From assembly GCA_011364905.1 (NCBI GenBank), contig RDNZ01000005.1:32001-96000 (forward strand): a stretch of 64,000 bases of DNA, in the 5' to 3' direction. A model generated the notes under the pieces. That model saw only the letters and a list, made by a program, of their open reading frames with translations. It did not search any database and had not been told where the DNA came from. A program made the translations under genes and the position numbers. The stretch comes from Candidatus Thorarchaeota archaeon. GTDB lineage: Archaea; Asgardarchaeota; Thorarchaeia; Thorarchaeales; Thorarchaeaceae. Shown piece after piece: positions 31,757 to 42,072 of the stretch. The first letter of the stretch is position 1, and each line of letters opens with the position of its first letter.

Positions 31757-32605
31757 GTGAGTGTGGAATATTTGACTGACCCTCCTCGTGACTTGGAAGA
31801 ACTACTAAAAGAGTTCAAGCCCGAGAAGAAGGCTCGTTTTCAAGCATTCGACAGGGTAATCAGTGCACTCAATACACCCAGCCAATCACTCTTTGTCACA
31901 GACAACGATAACGAGGTCGACACATTTCATCGAGAATTCGACCAATTCTTGGTTTTAACAGGAAGAATGGAGGAAGGTGGAGAACGACCATATCATATGG
32001 TGCGAATCGGATACGACGGCGATATGTTAGATGATATGTTTAGAATCGTTGTTTCAGAGGAAGCCGCAAACTTCAAACCATCCTCCTTAGATGTCAACAT
32101 GCTCTATTCCAAGCAAGCCATCTTTCAACACCTCTATGAGATAATCACCAAAGACAAGTTCATCATTTTCCATATCCCCGAGTTCCCCTTGGCATACTAC
32201 TTTGAAACTGCGGTCGTCGTGGATGTGGAGGAACTCTCAGATGTCATGGACCCATCTGTCCACGATGATACTATAGTCCGATACCTTAATGACCTTCGTG
32301 AACAAGGAGCAGAGGAGCATAGAAAAACATACAGCTTCTTCTACAGGATCAGTACCTCTTTGTTAATGGAGTTCTCCAATGTCTTTCTTGTTGCCCCAAC
32401 TGCGGGCATGAATCGACATCTTTGTGTGACCAGTTGGCGGACTCAGACACTATTGCTTGGATTCGCCCCGCTCACATGGTCATCTGGGAGTTTCCGAGTG
32501 TTTGATTTAAGCGGCAGAGATATCGATGCTAGATGGGCATACCCCGCACCTCCATCAGATGATCCACGAGTCAAACAATACACACGAATTGTTCCAATGG
32601 AATAG
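31757..32605 (+). CDS. Hypothetical protein
   Basis: 282-aa ORF with no recognised motif. Confidence 0.65.
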   Translation: MSVEYLTDPPRDLEELLKEFKPEKKARFQAFDRVISALNTPSQSLFVTDNDNEVDTFHREFDQFLVLTGRMEEGGERPYHMVRIGYDGDMLDDMFRIVVSEEAANFKPSSLDVNMLYSKQAIFQHLYEIITKDKFIIFHIPEFPLAYYFETAVVVDVEELSDVMDPSVHDDTIVRYLNDLREQGAEEHRKTYSFFYRISTSLLMEFSNVFLVAPTAGMNRHLCVTSWRTQTLLLGFAPLTWSSGSFRVFDLSGRDIDARWAYPAPPSDDPRVKQYTRIVPME

Positions 32606-32656
32606 TAGTCCGGGATAAACGCATGTGAGAATTAAGTTTCGTAGAGATATTGATTG

Positions 32657-32672
32657 TATATACATGTATATA
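32657..32672. promoter_or_regulatory. Perfect 16-bp palindrome upstream of the CoA operon (candidate operator)
   Basis: TATATACATGTATATA, about 55 nt upstream of the pantoate kinase start. Confidence 0.4.
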
Positions 32673-32725
32673 TGCATGATTGAATGTATAAAGAATATTT
32701 AATACTCGACCTGATAGGATAAGAC

Positions 32726-33667
32726 ATGACTGACACTTTGAGACCGCAACAAAACGCAGCAAAGTCTGCAAAGGCATTCGTGCCAGGACATGTCACGGGA
32801 CTCTTCAGAATCTTCGATGACAATGAAGATCCTCTTCGTTGCGGTTCGATAGGTGCAGGGTTCTCAGTGACCATCGGAACAGTCACTTCTGTGTCTGTGG
32901 TGGATCACCCGTCACTAGTAGTCAAAGTAGATTACAACAATGAACGAGTAGATGCAAAAGTAACAAATGCGGTGATACAGAGGTTGACAGACGAATATGA
33001 GAGGACACTCAAGGTACACGTGGAACATCAGTCCTCTCTTATTTCAGGCGCCGGAATGGGAGCTTCGGGAGCTGGCGCGCTGGGTACAGCCCTTGCTCTG
33101 AGTCATCTGCTTGATCAGGATATCGAATATGAAAAAGCCGCAAGCTATGCACATGTGGCCGAGATTATTAACCACACAGGTCTTGGAGATGTTCTCGCCC
33201 AGACAAAGGGAGGAATCGAGGTACGAGTGAAGGCTGGGGGACCAGGAGTTGGAAAAATAGAGAACATATCATATCATGATTCTTTACGTGTAGTGTTAGC
33301 GGGTGCACCAGGACTAGAAACATCTGAAGTTCTGACCAATCCAGTTTCAAGAAAGAGAATCAATTCAGCGGGCGACAGATTGGTATCAAAGATTATTGGC
33401 GACCAGAGGATTGAAACATTCGTGGAGTGCTCCCGCGAATTCGCAGAAGAGGTGGGGCTACAGACCACTCGGGTTAAGAATGCTCTTATTGAGCTCAAGA
33501 ACGCGGGGCTTGGTTCCTCTAGCATGATTATGCTCGGTGATTCCGTCTTTTGTCTCTGTGATGAAGCTGAAACAGGTAGGGTTCAGAGAATCCTGTCGAA
33601 ATATTGGAACTCAACTGATGTTCGTGTTGCAGGTATTGCACCCGAAGGTGGGAGGCTGTTCAAATGA
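32726..33667 (+). CDS. pok: Pantoate kinase (GHMP family)
   Basis: FVPGHVTGLF, GSIGAG, GMGASGAGALG, AHVAE...TGLGDV, MIMLGDSVF. Confidence 0.92.
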   Translation: MTDTLRPQQNAAKSAKAFVPGHVTGLFRIFDDNEDPLRCGSIGAGFSVTIGTVTSVSVVDHPSLVVKVDYNNERVDAKVTNAVIQRLTDEYERTLKVHVEHQSSLISGAGMGASGAGALGTALALSHLLDQDIEYEKAASYAHVAEIINHTGLGDVLAQTKGGIEVRVKAGGPGVGKIENISYHDSLRVVLAGAPGLETSEVLTNPVSRKRINSAGDRLVSKIIGDQRIETFVECSREFAEEVGLQTTRVKNALIELKNAGLGSSSMIMLGDSVFCLCDEAETGRVQRILSKYWNSTDVRVAGIAPEGGRLFK

Positions 33668-34476
33668 CAAAAACTGAAATCCCTCCCGACCATCCCCGAA
33701 GAGTATCTTTGGAAACCAGGGAAGCAATAATTGAAGGGCATGAGGCCCATATTGTTGCAACAGCTGGTCTGCTAGCTCATGGCAGAGGCGAAGCATTTGA
33801 CTATCTCATTGGCGAAACAACAACAGATCTAGCCAGAAATGCAGCCCGAGCTGCAGTTGCTGCGTTACTTTCTGCGAGCCATCCAGTGTTGAGCGTCAAT
33901 GGGAATGTATGCTCGTTGGTGCCAGAAGAATTAGTGGAGCTGTCAGAGCTCTGCAGAGCGCCACTAGAAATCAACCTGTTCTACTACCGAAAGGAAAGAG
34001 AGGATGCCATTAAAGATGCTCTTTTTGCAGCCGGCGCCAAGGAAGTGCTAGGAACTCATGATCGTCCATCAATGACAATCCCAGAGTTGAGTAGCAACCG
34101 TCGAAAAGTTGATCCTGAGGGAATTGGATCTGGCGATGTTATCCTTGTTCCATTAGAGGACGGTGACAGAACTGAAGCACTGAAAGCCATTGGCAAATTC
34201 GTCATTACCATTGACCTGAACCCAATGAGTAGAACTGCAGTGTTTTCTGATATCACCATTGTTGACAATGTGGTAAGAACTCTTCCACTCATGACCGAGC
34301 TTGCCAGAGAGATGAAGGAACTGCCAAAGGAAGAACTTCATCGAATAGTGGAGAGTTTTGATAACACAAAGAATCTTGCTATGGCAGTAGAGGTAATAAT
34401 CAAGCACCTTGAAGCGACCGCCAAGGACATTGGCAAAATCAGAGAAAGGAAGAGAACTGGAGTGAAAAAGATTTGA
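33664..34476 (+). CDS. pps: 4-phosphopantoate--beta-alanine ligase
   Basis: HPRRVSL, AHGRGEAFDYLIGE, SVNGN, VPLEDGDR, IDLNPMSRT. Confidence 0.95.
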   Translation: MTKTEIPPDHPRRVSLETREAIIEGHEAHIVATAGLLAHGRGEAFDYLIGETTTDLARNAARAAVAALLSASHPVLSVNGNVCSLVPEELVELSELCRAPLEINLFYYRKEREDAIKDALFAAGAKEVLGTHDRPSMTIPELSSNRRKVDPEGIGSGDVILVPLEDGDRTEALKAIGKFVITIDLNPMSRTAVFSDITIVDNVVRTLPLMTELAREMKELPKEELHRIVESFDNTKNLAMAVEVIIKHLEATAKDIGKIRERKRTGVKKI

Positions 34477-35459
34477 AGATAGTTGTAGTGGGATCTGGAT
34501 CCATTGGGAGTCTATATGGAGCCTTTCTGAGCCAACTAAAGGATACTGAAGTTATTCTGATTGGTAGAAATCCTCATATTTCCGCCATCCAGAAGAAGGG
34601 CCTCAGAATAAAGGGCATTCTCGGAGACCGTCTCTTCAAGCTAAAAGCTATGAAATTCGCTTCCGAAGTGGATTCTGCAGACCTCGTTATTATAACAACA
34701 AAGACCTATGACACTCTGGAAGCAGCCAAGAGCGCTAAACATCTCATCGATGCAGGTGCTTCAGTGCTGCTGATTCAGAATGGTCTTGGAACTGAAGAGG
34801 TAGTAGCCAAAGCCCTAAACACTACTAAAGTCCTTAGGGCAACCACTTGCATGGGTGCACTTCGGACTTCGCCCGGAGTTGTTACTGCGACGGGGTGTGG
34901 TCTGACGGAGATAGGCTCGAGATACCCAGAGAACAGGGAACTTGTAGAAAGGCTTGTCAAGATGATGAAAGAAGTGGGATTCAAAGTCAGATCGAGCGAA
35001 AACATCGAAGGAGTCGTGTGGACAAAAACACTCGTAAACTGCGGCATAAATCCTGTTGGCGCCCTGACTGGTCTTTCTAATGGTGAGGTTTACAAAAATC
35101 ACATTCTTCGAGGTTTGATTGTAAGACTTGTGGAAGAAGCTGTTCAAGTAGTCGATGCCCTTGGTGTGGAACTTACAACCGACGACCCGATTAGGTATGC
35201 ACTTGGTACTGCAAAAGCGACTGGAGACAATATTAACTCAATGCTGCAAGACCTTCAAGCAGGAAAGAGAACTGAAATTGATGCAATAACCGGTGAAATC
35301 ATTCGATTGGCCAAAGAGCATGGCATCGAAACACCCTCAAATGAGGCAGTCTATGCTCTTGTGAAAGCTTTAGAGTCTAGGAATCTCAAGGAAGGTAAGA
35401 AACTAGCTGAAGTTGACGTTCTGAAGGTAGCTGACCTCGTTGAGGCAATAACCGGGTGA
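34473..35459 (+). CDS. panE: Ketopantoate reductase
   Basis: GSGSIG, QNGLG, WTKTLVN, NSMLQD...TEID. Confidence 0.95.
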   Translation: MKIVVVGSGSIGSLYGAFLSQLKDTEVILIGRNPHISAIQKKGLRIKGILGDRLFKLKAMKFASEVDSADLVIITTKTYDTLEAAKSAKHLIDAGASVLLIQNGLGTEEVVAKALNTTKVLRATTCMGALRTSPGVVTATGCGLTEIGSRYPENRELVERLVKMMKEVGFKVRSSENIEGVVWTKTLVNCGINPVGALTGLSNGEVYKNHILRGLIVRLVEEAVQVVDALGVELTTDDPIRYALGTAKATGDNINSMLQDLQAGKRTEIDAITGEIIRLAKEHGIETPSNEAVYALVKALESRNLKEGKKLAEVDVLKVADLVEAITG

Positions 35460-35464
35460 AGTAG

Positions 35465-36706
35465 TTGGTAGAGCACACATCAAAGCTCATCAAGGGCAGT
35501 CTGAGTAATCTGTTAGAGGGAAAGACTATTGCCTTGGGCATCACAGGAAGTGTGGGAGCTGTAGAATGTGTAGCTCTTGCTCGAAAACTGATGAGACATG
35601 GAGCAGATGTAGTCACTGTTATGAGTCAAATGGCACAAACCATCATCCACCCTTATCTTATGGAGTGGGCAACAGGGAATAGAGTGATAACTGAACTAAC
35701 GGGTCAGATTGAGCATGTGACCCTAGCAGGAAAACACAAGGACCATGTTGATCTCCTTCTGATTGCTCCTTCCACAGCCAACACAATTGGAAAGATTGCC
35801 AATGGCATAGATGACACGCCAGTGACGACAACGGCATCGTCTGCCATTGGTGCTGGAATCCCAGTTATCATTGTGCCTGCCATGCATGAGTCGATGTATG
35901 ACCATCCCGCAGTCATACGAAACATTGGTCGACTGAAAGAGATGGAAGTCACAGTAATTGCTCCACGCATGGAAGAAGCAAAGGCGAAAATTCCAGAAGT
36001 GGACACAATCATAGAGCACGTCCTATTAGTATTGGGACCTAAAGATCTTCAAGGGAAGCATTTCGTTGTCACAGCTGGGCCGACAAGAGGGTGGGTGGAT
36101 AGAGTACGGTTCATCACAAATCCTTCAACTGGTAAGATGGGAATAGCTGTGGCTGAAGAACTCATTCGACATGGTGCTTCTGTGACTCTGGTTCTGGGTC
36201 CAACATCCGAACAAGGTCCAGCCCTTGCAGAGATTCTTAGAGTGACGACCTCAAAGGAAATGCTTGACACTGTGATGTCACAACTCTTAGCTCGGAGGAC
36301 AGATGGATTTGTGTCAGCAGCGGCAGTTTTGGACTATACACCATCCAAGAAAGAGGACGTCAAGCTGGCTTCTGGTTCAGAAAGTCTGACGGTAGAGCTT
36401 GTGCCCACAAAGAAAATCATAGAAGAGGCAAGAAAAGCTCACCATGATCTATTCATCGTGGGATTCAAGGTGGAGTCTGGAGTATCAGATGAAGAGCTTG
36501 CATCAAAATCACGGGTGAAAATCGATGCGGGAATCTGTGACCTTGTGATTGCTAACGATGAACAAAGAAAAGGTGTAGCATTCGGTACGGACACCAACGC
36601 GGTTCTGATTGTCGGACCGCAAGGCTACACTAAAAGCATCAACCTAGCACCAAAGCGAGAGATTGCACGTCACATAGTCAGTGAAATCGTTGAAAGGATG
36701 AAGTGA
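35465..36706 (+). CDS. coaBC: Phosphopantothenoylcysteine decarboxylase/ligase
   Basis: GITGSVGA, APSTANT, PAMH, TAGPT, RFITNPSTGKMG, GFKVE, IAND. Confidence 0.96.
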   Translation: MVEHTSKLIKGSLSNLLEGKTIALGITGSVGAVECVALARKLMRHGADVVTVMSQMAQTIIHPYLMEWATGNRVITELTGQIEHVTLAGKHKDHVDLLLIAPSTANTIGKIANGIDDTPVTTTASSAIGAGIPVIIVPAMHESMYDHPAVIRNIGRLKEMEVTVIAPRMEEAKAKIPEVDTIIEHVLLVLGPKDLQGKHFVVTAGPTRGWVDRVRFITNPSTGKMGIAVAEELIRHGASVTLVLGPTSEQGPALAEILRVTTSKEMLDTVMSQLLARRTDGFVSAAAVLDYTPSKKEDVKLASGSESLTVELVPTKKIIEEARKAHHDLFIVGFKVESGVSDEELASKSRVKIDAGICDLVIANDEQRKGVAFGTDTNAVLIVGPQGYTKSINLAPKREIARHIVSEIVERMK

Positions 36707-36716
36707 AAACCGACAT

Positions 36717-37079
36717 TCAGAGTATCTCTAGAAGAGACTCGGCCATTCTTCTCATGTCAACAAAAATCAGTCCGATCTGAGCGTCAGATTTTGCCAGGAC
36801 CAAGAAAAGAGCGTTCTCTCCAACTGAAGTCAACAGGGTGTATCCTCTGTCGCTTTTGACATAAATTTCTATCAAGTTGCCGCGGTCCAACTCATTTGCA
36901 GCCTTCTCGCCCAGAGATAGCAGCGCCGCACTTATCGCCGCAACTCTCTCTTGTTCTGCTTCCGGGAGTGCGGATGAAATCATCAAGCCATCAGCTGAAA
37001 CGAGAGCCGCGCCTTCCACCCCTGGTACTGTTTCAAAATCACGAATTATTTTGTTGATGTTGTCCACACGACCAGACAT
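36717..37079 (-). CDS. Roadblock/LC7 (MglB-like) domain protein
   Basis: GVEGAALVSADGLMISS, ERVAAISAALLSLGE, GLIFVDMRR. Confidence 0.92.
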   Translation of the reverse strand: MSGRVDNINKIIRDFETVPGVEGAALVSADGLMISSALPEAEQERVAAISAALLSLGEKAANELDRGNLIEIYVKSDRGYTLLTSVGENALFLVLAKSDAQIGLIFVDMRRMAESLLEIL

Positions 37080-37181
37080 TCTTGCACCCTCTGGCAATCC
37101 AAACAGGCGTTAGTCAGTGGCCATTCTATAATAACTTATTGCATTACTAGGTTTCTCGGCCTTCTGGGTGCCTTACCTGGA

Positions 37182-40100
37182 CTAAATGCCGAAGTACTCC
37201 TTTACATCAGACTTGCTGTCCTTTTTTCGTTGCTCAGCTTCCTTCTTCTTTTCCTGAGGGGTCTTGCCACGTTTCCAGGATATATTGTCACCCCGCCTTT
37301 TCTTCCAGTATAGCCAACCACCTACTATAATGGCAGCGCCGCCTCCTATAATTCCAATCAATAGGATTGGGAAGGGTCTGATGAGCATGAACTGTTCTAG
37401 TGTGAGAGTGAGGGTGTCATATCCTGCCTTGGAAGCAACTATGTGGATATCGAAGTCACCAATATTGTTCCTCGTCCAAGCACCATTTAGGGTAACAGTA
37501 TAGTACCCACCGCCGGCATCAGAAGTGCTAGTTTGACTGGAGTTAATCAGCACAGACAGACTTGCTGAGTCTATTCCATTGCCGACAAGGTCAGTCAGCC
37601 TAAAGCGAATTGTAACCTGATCTCCAGCCCAAATTATCCTTTGACTGAGCGAGATTTCATTAAGCGTTATTGATGGGTATTCAGCCCATGTGATTGCATT
37701 CTCAATGGTGTGGACCTGTTCTACTCCGGTTGGTGATGTTGTCGTGAGTGCTAGTTTTCCTGAACCGATAACGCCAGCGACAACGATAGGATTTAGTCCG
37801 TCAGTCGCAATAACAGAGAAATTAGCCCACACTGACGAAAAGTGGCCAGCAAAATCAACGGTTGAATTCAGCATGTTCGGAGAACTCAACAACGGATGAG
37901 ATGAGTCTTCGATTGTAATAGATGTTCCAGATCCTACTGACTGATAGATAATCGGCCACGGAAGCCAGTCAATTGGTTCCGTCACCCCTAATATTACTAA
38001 GACGCCACCATTTTCTATGAAAGACTTCAGTTGATTGCTGGTTGATGCAAGATTCGAACCAAGGTTGGACAATGTACCAGGTTCAATAAGTACTACCTTC
38101 CTCAGCGGGAGAAGCTGAACGAACTCAGTGTAGTTCGTGGATTCATAGTATCTAAAGTCAGCGCCTAAAGAGGACAATGAAGAGGGGAGATAGGATGAAG
38201 CACCAAGGGCTGCAATCCAACGAATGCCATGTCCTGGAACATGGGAGCCGAATCCTGTTTCTAGAGGATTAACAGAATCAATGTAGGGAGATGAAGTGGG
38301 TTCAAAGAGTCTAATGGATGGATCACCAAAGAGAACTTGTTGATTGGCATAGTCACGAGGGTCTCGCCCAAGAGGGTCTGAGTAGTCTATTGAGGTAAGA
38401 GCAAGACCAGAAGAGAGCGCCTCTGCCACCGTTGATCCCCCACAGAGAGACTCCGTGAGAAGAACTGAAAGCATCCCTGCGGGTTGGAAATAGACTGTCC
38501 GTGGCGATGCAGTAACTGCAACAGCTCCATGCTCCATGAGCATGAGGGGCATTTGTGTCCCGCCCAGGAGACACGCAGTCAGAATCACGATTGGACTGCC
38601 AATGTTGCCTACTGCAGCATCCAAGTCATGGGAAGATTTGATGACATGATTAACAACATCTGGAAAAGCTACCGGATTTACCAGTAGATTCGCATCTGAG
38701 GGACTTTCTCTAACCTCTAAGCTGTCCTCAAATCCATAAGGTGCGTCAACACTTCTCATTGAGAAATAACCCACGCCATTTGGGCGGTCAGGCGGGTCTC
38801 GTGGTAGCTCTGTCAAGGTTCCGTGTGTACTGAGTGACCAGAAAGCCACCTGACTGCCAAGGGTTTCAAAGACCTCGTTTTGTCCAACATGACTTTCAAT
38901 TGAGAAGCCGAGGTCCTCAAGAGGGCCTGTTGTGTCTTCAATCTGAAACAGAACGTGAGAGCCATAATTGTTGTCGACAAAAGTTGCACCATCAGTATAT
39001 GCATACATACTCACCAGAGACGTGTCTGCATGGTCAGCCTCCAGAAACAGGAACCGATGGAGAAGGCCTCTGTTAATGAGAATGGAAGCCATAGTTGGCG
39101 ATGCCGCGGGAATTCTTCCCGGGTTGAAATGGCTCTGAAGTGACCTATCGAAACTCAACGGAACCAACGAATCTGGAGAAACAACAACAACAGGTTGAGA
39201 GGACGAGGAATTGTAAGCGCCTCTGGATGTGAGGAATGTTTCAAACTGCGCTTCGGAAGCCATCATTGAGAACTTATTTGGAATGCGTTCGTCATACCAC
39301 CCGTTTTCAGCCCTGTTCTCATATTTGTGGATGACATAGATGTTATTTATCTCAGGACCAATTAGGTATGGAGCCCATGTTTCTTCAGCTCGTGTCGTGA
39401 GCACATTTGTGGTGCCGCACAGAGAGAATACAGGGCTACCATGTGCAGCTGCTGAGAATGCTGCAGGAGCGAAGAACTCGCTTCCATTACCCACGGGAAC
39501 AGTGACAACAATATCCTGAGAACCTGAAAGGGATTTAATCAACGAAGTCACATCAGAGTGGTTCTGTATGTTGTAGAGTGCGCCGTGCGTTTCTAGCAGG
39601 GTTGAAAGTCCGGCCCCCTGCTGATTGTATGGATCGACAAGATAGATATCATTCACACCAAGCCGATTGAGTGCCCATTCTGTATCAGTGGGAATCTCGT
39701 CCTCAAGCACGTAGAGGAGAGGACAATTGAGGAGGGAGGCCAGTACTGCTGCGTTAGCCGCAGACTCCATGTATGCTTGGAGGTCTGCGGGTATTCGAGA
39801 TATCTCCCATGAGAGGTTGATGTTGTTTTGTTCCTCACTTGCATCCATCCAAGCGGCAATAATTGTCCAATCACCTGCCATCGGGTATGGTAAGTTTACC
39901 ACCTCATGTCCAGGATTCGACAAGATACTCCCCGCAGGAGCCCACATGACAAGTCGACCATTGGGATCTACAAGAGCCAAGTTAAGGTCGGTGGCCGCAT
40001 TATCCCAGAGAAGAGAAACATTGAACCATTTCGCATTTGTCGGGACATTGACCGTCTGTCTGTACCCCGGATGAGAAATAACCTCATTGACCATGGTCGT

Positions 40101-40985
40101 AGTGGTGTCAGTGTCGCTAGTTATATTCATGGTCCAAGTTCCGTCAACTGTCTTTGGCAACCAGAAATTCAGAGGTACGGGGGTCACAACATAGCCCACC
40201 TGTCGGGAGAAGTAGACCTGATTAAACACTGAGTAATCTACCACTTCTCCATTGGGATCTATTAGTTCATGTGTCAATAATTCATTTCCAGTCCAATTGA
40301 ATCGACCTTCTATCCAACCAGCCCAAGTAGGAGGAGTGAAGGTGATGCTTGAAGGAGCGCCATATGTAACAGTGCCTCCAAACTCTGATACCTCAGATGG
40401 TTGATTCTGAAATGTGTGAGAAGCGCTTCCTGTAATCAATGCAGGAGTGTTGAAATCCTCCTTTAGAAGTGCGACCACTGCTGTCGCACTAGTACTCCAT
40501 CCATTCAAAGCAAGCAAGGATGCAATACTCGTAGCTGAATCACCAGTAATCCGAGGATAAATTTTGGCGCCAGTCTCATGCTGGAGTTGAGTCAGATAGC
40601 TCTCAGAGAAATCTCCAATTGCGACAGCTTGCGTGATCCCATTATTGCGTCCAAGATACCCAGACCAGTCATCCAAGAGCCAATGTTCACTATCTGAACC
40701 ATCGCTATAGATGAGTGGCGATATAAACTGCGTGTCATTGAAGTAAAAAACTGATGTAGGAACTGCAGCCATGTAGGCGAACTCATCAACATATGAGGTT
40801 GGATCTGGTGCGACAAATGCGACCCGCGAAAGAGGAATTTGATTTGCTGCAAGGTCACTCGGAACAAAATCATTCACTTTGGAGTCTAGTCCAGAGTTAA
40901 TGAAAGTGGTTGTTATTGGAGCCATAGCACCCAGCATTAATACCACAAATAGAACAGAGAGTGTTTTGTTCTTGGATTTGACCAT
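37182..40985 (-). CDS. Large membrane-anchored surface protein with PPC-like beta domains and a putative C25 (gingipain-like) peptidase domain
   Basis: Signal peptide; DLNLALVDPNG PPC-like motif; STHG, ILTACLLG, LFGDP; C-terminal TM and charged cytoplasmic tail. Confidence 0.7.
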   Translation of the reverse strand: MVKSKNKTLSVLFVVLMLGAMAPITTTFINSGLDSKVNDFVPSDLAANQIPLSRVAFVAPDPTSYVDEFAYMAAVPTSVFYFNDTQFISPLIYSDGSDSEHWLLDDWSGYLGRNNGITQAVAIGDFSESYLTQLQHETGAKIYPRITGDSATSIASLLALNGWSTSATAVVALLKEDFNTPALITGSASHTFQNQPSEVSEFGGTVTYGAPSSITFTPPTWAGWIEGRFNWTGNELLTHELIDPNGEVVDYSVFNQVYFSRQVGYVVTPVPLNFWLPKTVDGTWTMNITSDTDTTTTMVNEVISHPGYRQTVNVPTNAKWFNVSLLWDNAATDLNLALVDPNGRLVMWAPAGSILSNPGHEVVNLPYPMAGDWTIIAAWMDASEEQNNINLSWEISRIPADLQAYMESAANAAVLASLLNCPLLYVLEDEIPTDTEWALNRLGVNDIYLVDPYNQQGAGLSTLLETHGALYNIQNHSDVTSLIKSLSGSQDIVVTVPVGNGSEFFAPAAFSAAAHGSPVFSLCGTTNVLTTRAEETWAPYLIGPEINNIYVIHKYENRAENGWYDERIPNKFSMMASEAQFETFLTSRGAYNSSSSQPVVVVSPDSLVPLSFDRSLQSHFNPGRIPAASPTMASILINRGLLHRFLFLEADHADTSLVSMYAYTDGATFVDNNYGSHVLFQIEDTTGPLEDLGFSIESHVGQNEVFETLGSQVAFWSLSTHGTLTELPRDPPDRPNGVGYFSMRSVDAPYGFEDSLEVRESPSDANLLVNPVAFPDVVNHVIKSSHDLDAAVGNIGSPIVILTACLLGGTQMPLMLMEHGAVAVTASPRTVYFQPAGMLSVLLTESLCGGSTVAEALSSGLALTSIDYSDPLGRDPRDYANQQVLFGDPSIRLFEPTSSPYIDSVNPLETGFGSHVPGHGIRWIAALGASSYLPSSLSSLGADFRYYESTNYTEFVQLLPLRKVVLIEPGTLSNLGSNLASTSNQLKSFIENGGVLVILGVTEPIDWLPWPIIYQSVGSGTSITIEDSSHPLLSSPNMLNSTVDFAGHFSSVWANFSVIATDGLNPIVVAGVIGSGKLALTTTSPTGVEQVHTIENAITWAEYPSITLNEISLSQRIIWAGDQVTIRFRLTDLVGNGIDSASLSVLINSSQTSTSDAGGGYYTVTLNGAWTRNNIGDFDIHIVASKAGYDTLTLTLEQFMLIRPFPILLIGIIGGGAAIIVGGWLYWKKRRGDNISWKRGKTPQEKKKEAEQRKKDSKSDVKEYFGI

Positions 40986-41083
40986 ACGGGACGCACTCCG
41001 GTAGAATTCAACAAGACGAAGAATTCTATGTAAATAGAGTTTTCCTGTTGGGAACACAGATTCTAACTTAACCCGCGAGACCT

Positions 41084-41947
41084 CTATTCATCATCTTGAA
41101 ACTCAAGAAGGTCCTCATCAAAATCATCATCGCCATCTTCATCAGATTCATCTTCTTCGGGCAATGCATCAATCAGCTCATCAATCACCCTTCGAAGCCT
41201 ACGGCGAGTACTTTTGGGAACATCCCACATTTTTTGCTCTGCGCGCTCAAGTACTTCGCGAGCTATATCAAAAATCTCAGATTCGTAGTAGTTTTGTGCA
41301 GCCTCTACAAAGAATTCTGCCGCCTTCTTTTGATTTCCTTTAGTTTCAGCAATATCACCAAGAAGCGAGAGAGCATCAGCCACTCCGGACTTGTCATCAA
41401 TCTCACGATAGACTTTCAAGGCTTTCTTGATTGTAGTTTCAGCAGTAGTCCAATCCTCCTTGTCAACGTAAGCGGCTCCCATGTCCATTATTACACTCGC
41501 AACACCTTGATCGTTTTTGAGCGAGCCGTAAGCACGTTGCGCTTTTTTGAAATAGTCCATGGCAGTATCAAAGCTCCCTTGACCCAGACTTGCCAATGCT
41601 AATCCATAAATCGCATCGGCAGCACCACTGGAGTTAGAAGATTTCTCAAACATGTCTTTTGCAGATTCTAGAGTTGAAATTGCTCCATCCCACTGCTCCA
41701 AATTAATCTGAGCCACACCTAAGTTGTACATCGTGTCGCAGATACCTGTTTCATCTTTCATTTCTTTGTAAATTTTCAAAGAGTCTTCAAAGCACTTGTG
41801 AGCCTCTTCAAATTCAGCGACAGCCATGTAAAGATTACCAACAGCATTGAACATCTTTGCAGCAGTATCCTTGTCACCAGCCTCAAGTGCAGCATTAGCT
41901 TGCTCCAAGACTTCAGCCGGGTCCATATCTTCAATGTCATCACTCAT
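41084..41947 (-). CDS. Tetratricopeptide repeat protein with acidic tail
   Basis: About five 40-aa TPR-like repeats (GNLY...A..F..SL, NLGVA, GLALA, MGAAY, LGDIA). Confidence 0.9.
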   Translation of the reverse strand: MSDDIEDMDPAEVLEQANAALEAGDKDTAAKMFNAVGNLYMAVAEFEEAHKCFEDSLKIYKEMKDETGICDTMYNLGVAQINLEQWDGAISTLESAKDMFEKSSNSSGAADAIYGLALASLGQGSFDTAMDYFKKAQRAYGSLKNDQGVASVIMDMGAAYVDKEDWTTAETTIKKALKVYREIDDKSGVADALSLLGDIAETKGNQKKAAEFFVEAAQNYYESEIFDIAREVLERAEQKMWDVPKSTRRRLRRVIDELIDALPEEDESDEDGDDDFDEDLLEFQDDE

Positions 41948-42072
41948 TTGGCTCACCTGCAAATATCAACGATGGCGGCCTATATCGCTTTTGATTCTTT
42001 CTGAACGACCTCTTCTAGTTACTAAGTGTTTCCAAAGAGAGCGCGCACCTGATAATAAAGCGGAGTTCGTGA

